A stretch of 64,000 nucleotides of DNA, from contig NW_002060943.1 in assembly GCF_000150275.1 (NCBI RefSeq), forward strand, positions 8,955,070-9,019,069. Reading direction: 5' to 3'. The position numbers were made by a program, and so were the translations under genes. The notes below the pieces were generated by a model that saw only the letters and a list, made by a program, of their open reading frames with translations, was not told the origin of the DNA and searched no databases. Source of the DNA: Trichoplax adhaerens. Its lineage: Eukaryota; Animalia; Placozoa. Positions 41,501 through 54,000 of the stretch are shown piece by piece; position 1 is the stretch's first letter; each line of letters begins with the position of its first letter.

Positions 41501-42454
41501 CATTTTAGAGTGCGGATGAGTCATTAAATTTTGAGGAACAAATTATAGAAGCAGCAAAATCTATCACCTCTGCTACTGCATTACTTATAAAATGTGCTAC
41601 AGTTGCTCAGAGGGAGCTAGTAGAACAAGGAAAGGTAATTTCGTTTGCTATTACTTTTTTCAATATTGATAATATTCGAATACTTTTGCTCACATACTGT
41701 ACTTGTATATAGATAAAAGATATTAAAGGTGGTGAATCTACTCAGGAGGAATCTCAGTGGTCGGAAGGCTTGATTTCAGCTGTATGCCAATCTATATCAT
41801 TCCTTACTATTATTTCTTAATTTGTATTAGCTATAGATGTAAATCAGTTTAAATTCTATCGGATTTTAGGCACGTATGGTTGCAACTGCAGTTGGAGCTC
41901 TTTGTGATGCTGCTAATGCGGCAGTACAAGGAAATGCAAGTGTAGAACGCCTTGTTTCATCGGCTAAGGCAGTGGCTGCTTCTACTGCTCAACTTCTTGT
42001 AGCATGTCAAGTTAAAGCTGACAAAGAGAGCAAATCGAATGCTAGACTTCAGGTAATGTTAGACTATTTGTCCTAGCTCCTATTTGAATGCAATACATAG
42101 AAATGTCTAGCGCTAACTTTGATTCTTATTCAGGCCGCTGGAAATGCTGTAAAAAAAGCAACAGATAGTCTGGTTAAAGCCGCTAAGGTTGCCCGTGGTG
42201 ATCGCAATAGTGATCCAATTGGTCAACCTGTAATAGTTAATAAAAAGCTAGTTGGAAGCTTAGCCCAAGAAATTGAGGCGCAAGAAGCGATTTTGAAAAA
42301 GGAAAGAGAATTAGAAGAAGCAAAGAAAAGGTTAGCTGCTATTCGTAAAGCGAAATATCACCATGATTCACAAAATAAGCCTGGCAAGGGTAGCGAAACG
42401 CCTGAGACGAGTGGAAGTAGTAGCAGCGGATTGGATGCCTTTGGATCACAGTAA
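26507..42454 (+). CDS. TLN: Talin, full length (FERM F0-F3, rod R1-R13, I/LWEQ actin-binding domain, dimerisation helix); about 58 coding exons by hand count
   Basis: Start MSQSLALRIV...KTMK/FDSS; DYGLFLADEDPKKGIWL; KMLDGTVKT; DPVQLNLLYVQ; TYGVTFFVVKEKIKGKNKLAPRLLGIT; WPLTTIRRWAAS; LIAGYIDII; NPVAKRQFVLSAKDVAN; LNFEEQIIEAAKSI; QWSEGLISAARMVA; ERELEEAKKRLAAIRKAKY. Confidence 0.98.
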
Positions 42455-44322
42455 AGCGTATTTTAGCCGCAGTAGATATGTAGTTTAGTACTTCGTCTAT
42501 GAAGGAACATTACCACCTTGGACGAGTAGCTTCGTGAAAGTACTATTTAATCAATTTTATTATGATCATGGAAAATATAGTTTTTGGTTACATCCCACAA
42601 TGGATTTTAATTTATAAATGTTTTGCTAATGTCCTCTGTGTATCCGATGGTAATGTCCTTGATTCCGATAAGATACTTGATTTGCAGAATGCGTTAATAC
42701 CAGGTAACCTGGACCCGGTTTTCCTAATCTTTTGAAAATGTTTGCTTAAGTAATTGTGAAACTTTATAACTGATCTAATCAATAATTTTAACCTATCAAA
42801 AATGTTAAAGGATACAATACCAGAATCGCTAAATATTAACAGTATCAGTTTTTAAACTTGGGTGAAACTTGATCTATAAATTGCCGTCCAATATTAAATG
42901 ATTATGCCTTTGAAATATCAAAACAATAAATTCGATTTATTAAATTGCGCTTGTTTAATACTTTTTTCGAAATTTATGCAGTGCGATACTAACTACTATA
43001 GCCAGTTTTAGAATTATTGGCCGGTCAGTTTTAGCTGCTCAAATTTATATGATGTAAGCGTCAATAAGTCAGCCGTCAGGTTATCTAGATCTTGCCCTTC
43101 TATTTATAGTCAAATACCCTTCTCGATTTTGCTTGAAGATATATTAAAATGTACGATTGAACTTGCTGTAAGTAGTAATTCTTCTACTCCAATTATAACA
43201 CAAGATTCAAGATACTCCCGGTTACGTTGTATTCTTATATACTCGTATTGGATTGCTAATTGCAATAATTCAAATCTTAGACTCATCTCAGATATTGATA
43301 GCGATAAAACTTCTTGCATTTTCTTCATTTGAGATTCACTCCAGTAGCAATGTTTAAATATCTCAAGTGATGAGGAAACCGGTATTTCATTAATCAGAAA
43401 ATAGTCTAACTATAAAGGAGAGACAATACTGAATGGTCATTTTGATTGTTATGATATCTATTGCTAGTAGCATGTGTGTTGTTGACTTTCAGCTAAAGTA
43501 AGATAATTTTGGATACTAACATAATGTAATCAAGCATTTGTTACTCACTTTAGGTCCTTCAAGTTATATAACAGTAATGCTGTATGCAATAATTTCGTCA
43601 GATGGAACTTTTATGTCTATTGCTATTGATGTTTAAGTAGTATAGGAACCAAGATATTAAAACTACAAGGTAAAAAATTTACCGAAAATTAGAATAATCA
43701 TACGTCCTCGAGCATATCTTGTCCATCATTTACTAATTTTTGGATTGATTGACATTGAGTTACACATCTTAGTAAAAGCATGATTTGACTTCATTTATGA
43801 ATCGTGTACACTAAAATGTAACGTAGTATAGAAGTACAGCATAATTGCTGTTAGATCGTAAATTATAAACTTGTGTAAAGACAATTAAATAGCATAATCT
43901 ATGTATACGCTATAGACGATAACAATAAAAAATTTCTAAATTTATACAAATAATCTCTTTTTGAGTCTTATATTAAAAGGCTATAAGTAGGGATCCAAAT
44001 AGGTATCAGTCTTGCATTATTTACATAGAATGGTGATAATGTAATTGGTGTGAAAGGCAAAGATTTTTTCTAATGACAAATTAATATATCATCTCGTTGT
44101 CTTTCTAAACTTTCCACTTTAATTACTTGTATCGTGATAAGACAACTTTCATATAAAATAAAATTGAATATTGAGAACATGATTTTTTATCGGATCTATT
44201 TTATACATATGCAGTTTAATTATCTTTATCTTTATAAAGTTAAATCATATTTTCATCAAAAGAAATTTATATATTGATTATGGGAGGTTTTTCAAAAGAT
44301 ATTTGTAGCACGACTGTTTATG

Positions 44323-47050
44323 TTAATCATCTTCAAACTGACTTTCTTGAAAACTATCAATTGCAGTCTTCATGTGTTCCGCATCATCCGATAGTAACTT
44401 CGCGGATTCCAATGACTCATAACCTGGTGTAACATTTAAAATTTACAGTGTTAAGTCCTACATTTATTGTATCAACATTACATATATGAATGAATGATGA
44501 TATTTTTTACGTTCATTCATGAACATACATGAATTCCCATCAGTAACTTCCAAAATCTGTTCACTGCTGTTGACATCAGGTAGTCCTAGTTTACGAGGAC
44601 TAGATTCAGTTACGAAACCGTTGCCTATAAAATCGCTATTTTGACGAAATGAGAAACTGTCATCAATAACGTCTTCTACATGTCTATCTGACAGACAGGT
44701 CACGTTATCCTCCGTTGGATTATTGCAACTATTTGTGGCACGGTTGAAATTGTCATTGGATAATTTAGAATCTCTATTTTCGAGAGTGTTAACGGAAGAA
44801 TCGTTGTCGATTTGTGAACGGTCAGAAACAAACGATGTTGCTATTTCCTGCATTTCCACATTAGCAGAAATTACGGAAATAAGAGAAGCATCACTAGTCT
44901 TTTTCTTTGCACCATCATCTATGTTTCGCGAAGAAGAAAGTTCACTAACAGCCAAAGGAACTTCCAAAGTTATTTGACATAAAGAAGCTTCATCTGTTAC
45001 ATCCGATAAGGGAGAAATTGTTTCATCTTTCAATACATATTCATCATTAATGCACTTGACATAACCCGATTTGACAAGTTCATAATTAATATTAATATCC
45101 TATAATCAATATATGTCATAAAGATAATAAATTTAATTAGTTATTTCCATATATGGATAACGGAAGCGTCTCACAGTCATCACAATATAGTCCATATCAG
45201 TATTAAATACTAAACACCATGCTAATGCTAACCAGTGATTGACTTGTGTCGATAAGTTCGATTAAAGGTAGACTAGTAGATTCTTCTGGCTGACTTTGAA
45301 AGTCTATAACCGTTGCGTATAGCTCGATTAGGTCTGGGTTATCAACGTATTGACGAAAATATTTGGTAGCTTCTTCCGACCAGTATTTTCCATCGGTAGG
45401 TTCTATATTCGCCAAGGAACATCTAACAGCTTGAAATTGCAGCATTCGAAACTCTGCACTAAACATATCGTAGGACATATTAAATCAAACTATCAAGTTT
45501 AATGTCCGGTTGAATTGTTATCATAAAACATTGGCTTACCATAAAAATTTTAGCTTTGATTTGGGAACATCACCGATAGTATTCCCATAGTCTAATCGAA
45601 AAGCGTCTGCGGTATTTTCATCTATGATGTTTATAAGTTTGACACGATACCATTTGTTGATGTTATTATCATAGTAAGCACAAAAATCACCAACACGGAT
45701 ATCATCCATGTCGTTGCTTTTATCTGCACTATAAAATTTGGTCAAACGATCCTCTAAATTTTCAAAGTATACACGTTCTCTACTTAAAGGTTGAACCCAA
45801 AATTCTGACGGGGATTTAATAGCAGTTACATAAACCGGTTGAAATCCATCATTTTTGAATAGTTCCATAGTCACCGATACACCTTATAAAGGTCGAAGTA
45901 ATGCAAATTTACTAATCTGTGCATAGATCTTTAAATTAATGGAGGTATCATTTAAAAATCCTGCAAAATTATCGTATGCTAGTAATTCCGTTATATTTGT
46001 ATAACCTGGAGCTTTAGTTTCCCTTTCTATAAACATTGCATCAGCACAACGAGATTCCACGTATGATTTAGCCTGTAGTACTGAAACCAAAATTATAAAA
46101 AGTTATTCGATGAAGATAAATGAGGTAAAATAACAGCAAACTATAATCTATACTACTGTACTTAGCTGCAATTTTACATAGCTTTCTTATTGTATGTCAC
46201 ATTCGATTATGCTAATTCATTTAAATGAGGAACATTTCAACTATTTAAGTATCCAATTGGTGACCAACATACCATCATAGAGGTTACCAGTGATGACGCA
46301 TAGACTATGTTCAGGACTGTATTGAAAATTAGGAGGTTCCAAAGCTATGCAAGCGCCAGTTTTCAATGTTAACCTTCTTAAGCAAGCTCCATGACGTCCC
46401 ATAAATCGATCATACACTTCCATAGGAATTTTAACAATAGCAGTAAAGTCATCTATTCTACATTGTATAAATTCCGAAAGGGCAGATTCCGCAATTCGAA
46501 CATTGTCTGAGCTGCCTTCAATGACGGCAATGTAATCTAATCCGTTATCCTACAAGTATAAAATTCGATATTTATTGTCCATGGCAGCGCGTGCGATAGA
46601 TCGCAATTATTACTGAAATTATTTTCTACTGCATTCTATTTACATCACATGCATGACTGTAAATAATAAACCAAAAAATGATACTAGTGTATACCTAAAA
46701 TAATGGAAACAGCAAGGTTGATACAAGATGTATACTACAGACATTGTGTAATACTATTTGTGACAGGCTTATAACAATTCAGGTTTATCATCTCAATATA
46801 GGTATTTCATCAGAATTTTTAAGTTTGTAATTTTAGATAATATCAAATACATTGTAGTATATATCAAGTTGCAAGAGGGACACAGGATAATTGTTTCAAT
46901 TAAGGAAAGATACGTTCTGTAAATTAAATAATGAAAGTGCTGGCTATTTCAGAAAGCTTACCTGTAATTTTACGTTTATCTTTACGTTCGCTTTCTCTTC
47001 AATGGAACGTAAGTTAGTTTTATTCTTGCCATGCACTTCGTTTATTATAT
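44323..47050 (-). CDS. TDRKH: Tudor and KH domain-containing protein (TDRKH/Papi-like); N-terminal exon(s) upstream of 47050 unresolved
   Basis: KH1 (DIINEVHGKNKTNLRSIEEKANVKI...AVIEGSSDNVRIAE); KH2 (VKIPMEVYDRFMGRHGACLRRL...ITGNLYDVLQAK); extended Tudor (VYVTAIKSPSEFWVQ...VGDFCA...WYRVKL...LDYGN...FQAVRCSLANIEP...WSEEA); acidic Ser-rich tail; last exon ends QFEDD-TAA at 44323. Two KH domains favour TDRKH over AKAP1. Confidence 0.8.
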
Positions 47051-49259
47051 CTGTAAAAAATTAATTACCATGGGTTATAATACGAACAACAGGACAACAG
47101 TCTTAGTACCTACTACTGTCAGTATTATCTCTAGACCGACTAAAGTGTGTGCTCTACAGGAAATTGTTTTACTTTCTTAATTAATTGCACCTCTTGCTAA
47201 ATATACTACCGTGGCGGTATTTGTGGACAGCGGACACGCAGATTTATGCGTATATTACAGTTATTACTTCAGTCATTCATTATAATTGCATTCTTATACA
47301 AGATCAACTCTGAGCAAGGAGTATTTTACTGTCGATCTTTCTAACAGTAATGAAATATATCAGCATCAATAAATTAATTATAAAACAAACTATACAGTAT
47401 ACTGTAAGCGTATATGCGTCTAATCACGGCTCTCTCTCTGTAACACGGTTAATAGGTAAAGTACCTATATATGAGTATGGATATTAAAATAACGGTCATT
47501 GATTGAGCTTGTTCACTTTCATAATGATACATTCTCTCCAGAGTCTCTCATCTGTACATTTATGAGGTAAATAAAGAAAAGCTTTTGCCTGTATGATCTG
47601 TACTGGATGATTCAGGGTATCGTACTAGTGCCAAAAATTGAGTGGGAATGTTGGCATCTTTTTACGAGTTCAATGCTGAGCATAAAAATGTACTGCATCG
47701 GCAAGCAAACTAACTCCGGAATGATAACACGTATTATATACCAAATTGAGGAAATTTTTATGCTTGCTGTACTTCCTGAGCTAATTCTATGGAACAGAAA
47801 TAGGCTGATAAAGTATAGGAAACATTGCACTGTGGTAGAGTGTAAAAGCTACCATATTGTCATTAATACGAGGTTTACGCGAGTACACCTGAGCAATTTT
47901 AGCAACACCAAATTGAGAAAATTTCCATGTTTCCTGTACTTTATGAGCTCATTTTATACAAAAAGAAATAGCGGATAAAATGTACGTCATTACTGCTATT
48001 AATAAGAGCGTTATGGGAGTAAATATAGTTAGTACACTCATTAGCAACTAAATGTAAGATATACAGTAGTGAGTGTACACTACTAAGCCTCATTACTGAA
48101 TTGCTGTACTGCCCATTGTGCATCTTATTGCTTCATAGTTTATGAAATGGGATAAATCTAGACAAGCAACGAGTATTTTTAGATCATTTACTGTACCTTC
48201 ATTCCAATAGTTTCAGAAGATGAATCATTAGAACATTCATTGAGTACAGTATACTGTAATAATATACGCATACAAATACATCCATCACGCAAGCATGGCA
48301 TAGTGCTTTAGATTACCCATAAAGTAGCTGCGCTACTTGCATAGCAGCTCCTGCGATTGCAAGATACTTGCACATCAAATGGAGAGTTGTATGTGAAACT
48401 AACGACTGTTGCTATTGAAATTTATTTGGATCATCATATCATCATCCAATTTCTATTGTACTTTGTGTAGTTAGCTATGGCTATTGGAGAATACGAATCT
48501 ACTGTACGTATATACAGTATCGTTATGGATTGAGAATATAATTTTACTCTATGATGTTAAAGCTCACATGCTATCGAAGCGAGTTCAACCAAACCAATGT
48601 AAAATCTTATGTAATCCTGCTATGTAGTATTGCAATACAAACGCTAGCTTTGTGCAAAATATTTCATTACTTTACAGAAGTGTTTTACTTCATCTTTCGC
48701 ACAATATTAACATGCGATGGGAGAGTTTTTGTTGACCATGCTTGGATTCAAACCTGCAGCGAGCACACACACTACAGTAGTGTAACATTTGTGGATACAC
48801 AATCATTCATTAAGATCATTTCTCTAACCTTTTGGAATGGTTACTATGATAGTTATCATTTCTGTAAATTGCACAGAGTGATCATTCTTTTTATTTTTCC
48901 ACCAAAGGAAAATAGCAAATAATGTCACTGCGGAGAGAGAATATCGGTTGACTAGCCTGCCATACCATGGATGTCCAGCCATTGCAAAAGAATTGAATAA
49001 TTTTTTCTATTCTACTACTTTGAAACCCCAGTAGGAAACAGTTAATAATCCACGTGTCCAGTTAATTACTCTCCAATAGATTATCCCTTGTTCTTATTCA
49101 ATTCAAGGTTACTCTAATCCCTTCAAGCGTTAATTTAAAGCGATTTCCTGCTGTATTTACTATACAATATTTGATCTTTCAACTGCTTTTGGCGGAATGC
49201 AAATGGTAGAAGGGAAGTCGGATTTTCTAACGTTACTGTCTTGTCTGCCGTCTAGTCCG

Positions 49260-50995
49260 TCCACAGTACGTGCCACTGTAAAGTACGGTACACTGTACTG
49301 TACTGTACTGTCTGAACTGTACATTGTACAGTACAAGGATTTCCATCCTGGTACCGGTATCACTAATCTAGACCGAGTTGGATTCGGTTCGGTTCGGTTC
49401 AATACCTTTATGATCTACTGTATATGACTAAACCTCGATCAAATTGCATTTCATCTAATGTTGGAGTTAGCAAAATGAGCAGTAGTACAGCAGGCACTGT
49501 GCTTATCCTTATTTTTGGGCATGATGATGGTGATAAGATACTACAATTCGAGCTAGCTAGCTAATAATTAAGTCATAGCAGTGATTCATCTCAGAAATTC
49601 AATCTATTCTCCATTCATATCATTCCTACAACATGATATCACAGAGGGAATTGGATAATGGATATGTTGATGAGGCGATTTCATGCAGTAGTTACAATCA
49701 CTGGTGTAGTCAGACGGTATGCCTTCTTCATGCCTGTACTGCAAGTGTCAGCATCTATCAGCATGGAAATAAACGGCTTAAATTGAAACTGCAACTCTCA
49801 CAGTGTGCTGATGTACTGTCAGGGACTACTCAAAATCGTAATTAGCTGCCTAGTAGTATCGTGTACGGTTTCATCGCTAACGTAGAGTAGAATGATGGAA
49901 AAAATGATCAACCTCCACATTATTTTGCACTGTGGTCGTTTCCTATCCCATCTCTTTTCTTTTGGAGTAGTCGCTGGTACTGTACAGTACTGACTTTTCG
50001 ATTATGCCGTGGAAAAGAACGAGAGAATCACCGTTTTATATCCACATGGACTCTACTCAATACTGTACTTGCAGCAAACCTATTGAACAAGGGGGATGTC
50101 ATGATGGCTACAATAACACGGTAATAATATTCTATTCTATTACACGTGATTTGCATAGGTAGATGTATATGAACAGTACATGGATACTCTGCATTCATCA
50201 ATATTATCATGTAGAATAATGTCCGTCTTCTTACTGCCACACAGGACTCTTTTCCTTGATATCGATCTCATCTTCATCCTCTGCATCCTCTACCCTACGT
50301 GTCCTTCTCAGTTTATACAGTTACAGTATCACACCCTCTACAGTGTACAGTGTACAGTAGTATATCTTCTGATTATACAGCACAGTACTGTACTGTAGAG
50401 ACCAGCGTTGTTGATAATGTTGAATGTTATGGCAAAATTTACTGTACATGTATTCAAAATGCAGACCAAAAAATCGAGCTTTGTTGAAATCTCTATGACT
50501 GTAATGGACTGTATAGTGTCTAATACTCTAAACTCCTTTTGCATGTGGAGCATGTCCATTTCCCGTCCATTCTGCAGATCTTCTCACCTTCATAAAATCT
50601 CATCCTCTACTGTACACTGTACAGTACACTACGTGTCATTCTCTGTTCGCACCATACAAGAGTTAACAAACTATAGCACAGTATAGTTATACAGTATCAC
50701 ACATGGTACTGTATGAACAGTACAGTGTACAGTGTACAGTACTGTGCCTTCTAATTGTACTGTGCTCTGTACTGTACAGTACTGTACTCTACAGTGTACA
50801 ATGTACAGTATGGAGTGCCTTTCTACGGTATGTTGTACTGTACTGTACTGCACTGTACCATGGGCTGCATTTAAAATACTGACCAAAGTATCATAGCTTA
50901 TTGAAATCTCTATGACTGTAATGGACTGTATGGTACTCGAAACTCCTTTTGCATCTAGAGCATGTCAGTTTCCGTCCCTCTGAGATCTTCTACTG
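49260..50995. promoter_or_regulatory. Putative divergent promoter region between TDRKH (-) and MCCC2 (+), with TACAGT-rich arrays
   Basis: Head-to-head gene arrangement; dense GTACT/ACAGT arrays at 49283-49335, 50335-50400 and 50605-50860; (TTCGG)3 at ~49383-49400. Confidence 0.5.
50450..50991 (+). repeat. Imperfect ~125-bp direct repeat pair (about 50450-50584 and 50868-50991)
   Basis: Both copies contain TTGAAATCTCTATGACTGTAATGGACTGTAT...AAACTCCTTTTGCAT...GAGCATGTC...TTCC(C)GTCC...AGATCTTCT. Confidence 0.9.
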
Positions 50996-51044
50996 ATTGA
51001 AATCGTCAACCAAACCCACTAGAATTGATTAGGCGATCAAGACC

Positions 51045-54000
51045 ATGGCTACCATGAACAGATTGCAGAGGTGTACAATTCTTGGAAGATCTTGGATATC
51101 AAATAAAAAGTTACTCGCTCTTAGCTATCATGACGAGAGTAGATCCAGTGTTATTCCATCAACTGTGGTTACCAATTCTAGTGAGTACAAGGTCAGTTTG
51201 CAAGGATATCGCTTTGTCTGATGAGAGCGAATTCATGGTTGTAGAGTATGTTGCCAATTATGCATTACTTCGTTTCAATGCAGATAGACTGCAGTAATTT
51301 GATCGACCACTCCCAAGAAAGGAGTGAAAGCTTCTAGCTTGCTTTACCACTTACAAGTTGCAATCTTATTCCTTACTTTAATTCCTATTAGTAGCCTTTC
51401 AATCTGGACCAATAGTTTGCTTTCATCAAATTACTTATACACGTACGCGTATACTTTGAGTGGACAGTAGAATCAGGATAGCGGGATGCAGTATTTGACG
51501 TGTACGACGTACACTATATCGTCCTCATCAAAGATTCTCTACTTTTGTAGAAGGTCTGTCGTTCTGTACAGCCAAAAACAAGACGAGCAATATACTACAT
51601 TAACTGTAGTGAACTTAAAAATAATGCAGTAATTAACTTCTATTGCTTAATCTGCTATCTATCTTCAAATGAATCTGATATTAGGAAAACTACTCACAAA
51701 TGAAATCTGTCGTTGATGACCTACGCCAAGTGGTGGACAATATTAAACTAGGTACAACAACTTTATACAACTGTTATAAATTGTCGTTTTGATATTCTTA
51801 TTAGAGTATAAATATACAGTAGGAGTGATCACAACTGAATATTGTATAGTCTATGCATACGTCATCACTTTAGCTAGTGATTTCTATTCTAAATCCGCTG
51901 CCTCTTTAAAAGTCCCTATTGATGCATGGACGCGTAGATGCGTATTCAACAGCTAGCATTATTGTTATAATTGAGAAGAATGAATGAATTCTCTTAAACA
52001 TCTAGCTACATGCATAAGATGCAATAGCCTTTGTACCATCAACAAAATATATTAGCGGCTAATCATTTTAGCAGTGCAGTAACTGTTGGCTTGCGGCTGC
52101 AAACCTGCTCGTAAAAGCAGAAAAAAGTGCGACACCAAATTACTGTACGATCCATTACTATTGCGCGTTCACACATCTGATAATACTATCGTTTAGAAAC
52201 ATTCAAAGTTTTACAAATATCCGTTGATATCGCCAAGCCCATAGTGCAAAAGTGTGCATTTGCAATACCCTCTAAGTTTATGCGTACTACGGTAGGAATA
52301 CTTAGAAATCTTTATAGATACACACAAAAACTTGCTTGATTATACAGTATAGTCTATAGCTATTTTATAGGCACGAAAATCAATTTTATATTAGTATATT
52401 TAGGCATCAATTTGTTATTTAATTTATCTTAAGGTGGAGGAGAAAAGGCTAGGCAACGCCATCTGTCGAAGAATAAGCTACTGCCGCGCGATCGCTTAGA
52501 TAAACTTATTGATCCTGGGTAAATCTCAATCCTTCACCATGCTAATTTTACAAAATTTCTATAGACGCTTTACTCATTAGCCATATTATACGTTGTTTTT
52601 CAATCGATGTTGGGATGGTATGATTTTCCATGAATAAGTTCGCCTTTCCTTGAGCTATCTCAACTCGCTGGACATAAATGCTACGGTAAAGAAGAAGTTC
52701 CAGCTGCTGGCATCGTCACAGGAATCGGCCGTGTCTCTGGGTATTATATTTATCTTATGAGTCATTTTACGTTAAAATGAATACAATAAATAATAATCTA
52801 TTAATTTCTATTTCAGTTTGGCTCAATAAGTATTTACTTTCTGAAATTTTGAGTTAAAACACCTAAATAATGTATCATTACTAATATAGAACCGAATGCG
52901 TAATTGTTGTCAACGATCCAACTGTCAAAGGAGGTACCTACTATCCATTAACAGTTAAGAAGCACCTTCGAGCTCAAGAAATTGCTCACCAAAATCAATT
53001 ACCATGCATTTATTTGGGTAAATTTATGGATCGATCGCTATCGTATAACTGTCACTACATTACATTTTACTTCGCACACCGAATGAAAGTTCGCTAACAT
53101 AATGAGTTATGATTGTCTCAGGCTTTCTCTATTGCTCTATGGCCTGTATTTATTATTTTTCAATACCTTCATAGTTGATTCAGGTGGAGCAAATCTACCG
53201 CGCCAAGATGAAGTATTTCCTGATGTTGGCCATTTCGGAAGAATATTTTACAACCAAGCTAACATGTCTTCTGATAGAATACCACAGGTACTAAAGACGG
53301 CTTGTATCTAGGTGGACCTCAAATGTTCCCTTAAAGTTTAACGCAAAGTACTGAGTTATTAGCGTGCAGTATCTACTTTCAACAGTTTATGTCGATCAAC
53401 TGATCGCACGCAACAATACTTTACAGTGTATTTAATTCGCATATCCTAATGTAACCTTATGAAACTTGACCATAGCTAAACATTTTTAAGCTTTACTATA
53501 TCTCTGAACCTAAATCGATCTTAATTAATGAAAGATACAGAAAAAAATTCAATACCGTACGTGATCTGAATACATCCTATTCTTTACTAGATGAAATAAT
53601 GACCTTGCAACTTGCTTACTGTTCGTTAAAGCTAGTGGGGATAATCTACGTACGCAATCTAAATGAGCAAACATCTCTTTATTAGTTGAATTATCTGTCA
53701 TCAGGTCATGCAATCGATCATCGGTGTTAGGCCGGTGTACTATAGGTCCAATAGCTGCTAACACCTAGGTGATACCTATTTCGTCTATCTATGAAACTGA
53801 TTACTATTTCATATAGTTTGATACATCGTAGTGTCGTATTCTTACTTATCCCCTCTAATAATACTTGATCTAACATTAAAATACATATCTGAAATTTGAA
53901 GGTCGCTGTAGTATTAGGTTCGTGTACTGCCGGTGGTGCTTATGTGCCTGCTATGTCTGACGAAGTAGTTATGGTTAAAAATCAAGGAACTATATTCCTG

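Noticed and set aside
49160-50886. ORF-track ORFs rich in TVQYS/CTVL
   Set aside because: Translations of the TACAGT repeat arrays, not credible proteins.
51082-51297. 71-aa ORF overlapping the MCCC2 start
   Set aside because: Wrong frame. The frame from ATG 51045 gives a transit peptide and splices in phase to ENYSQM.
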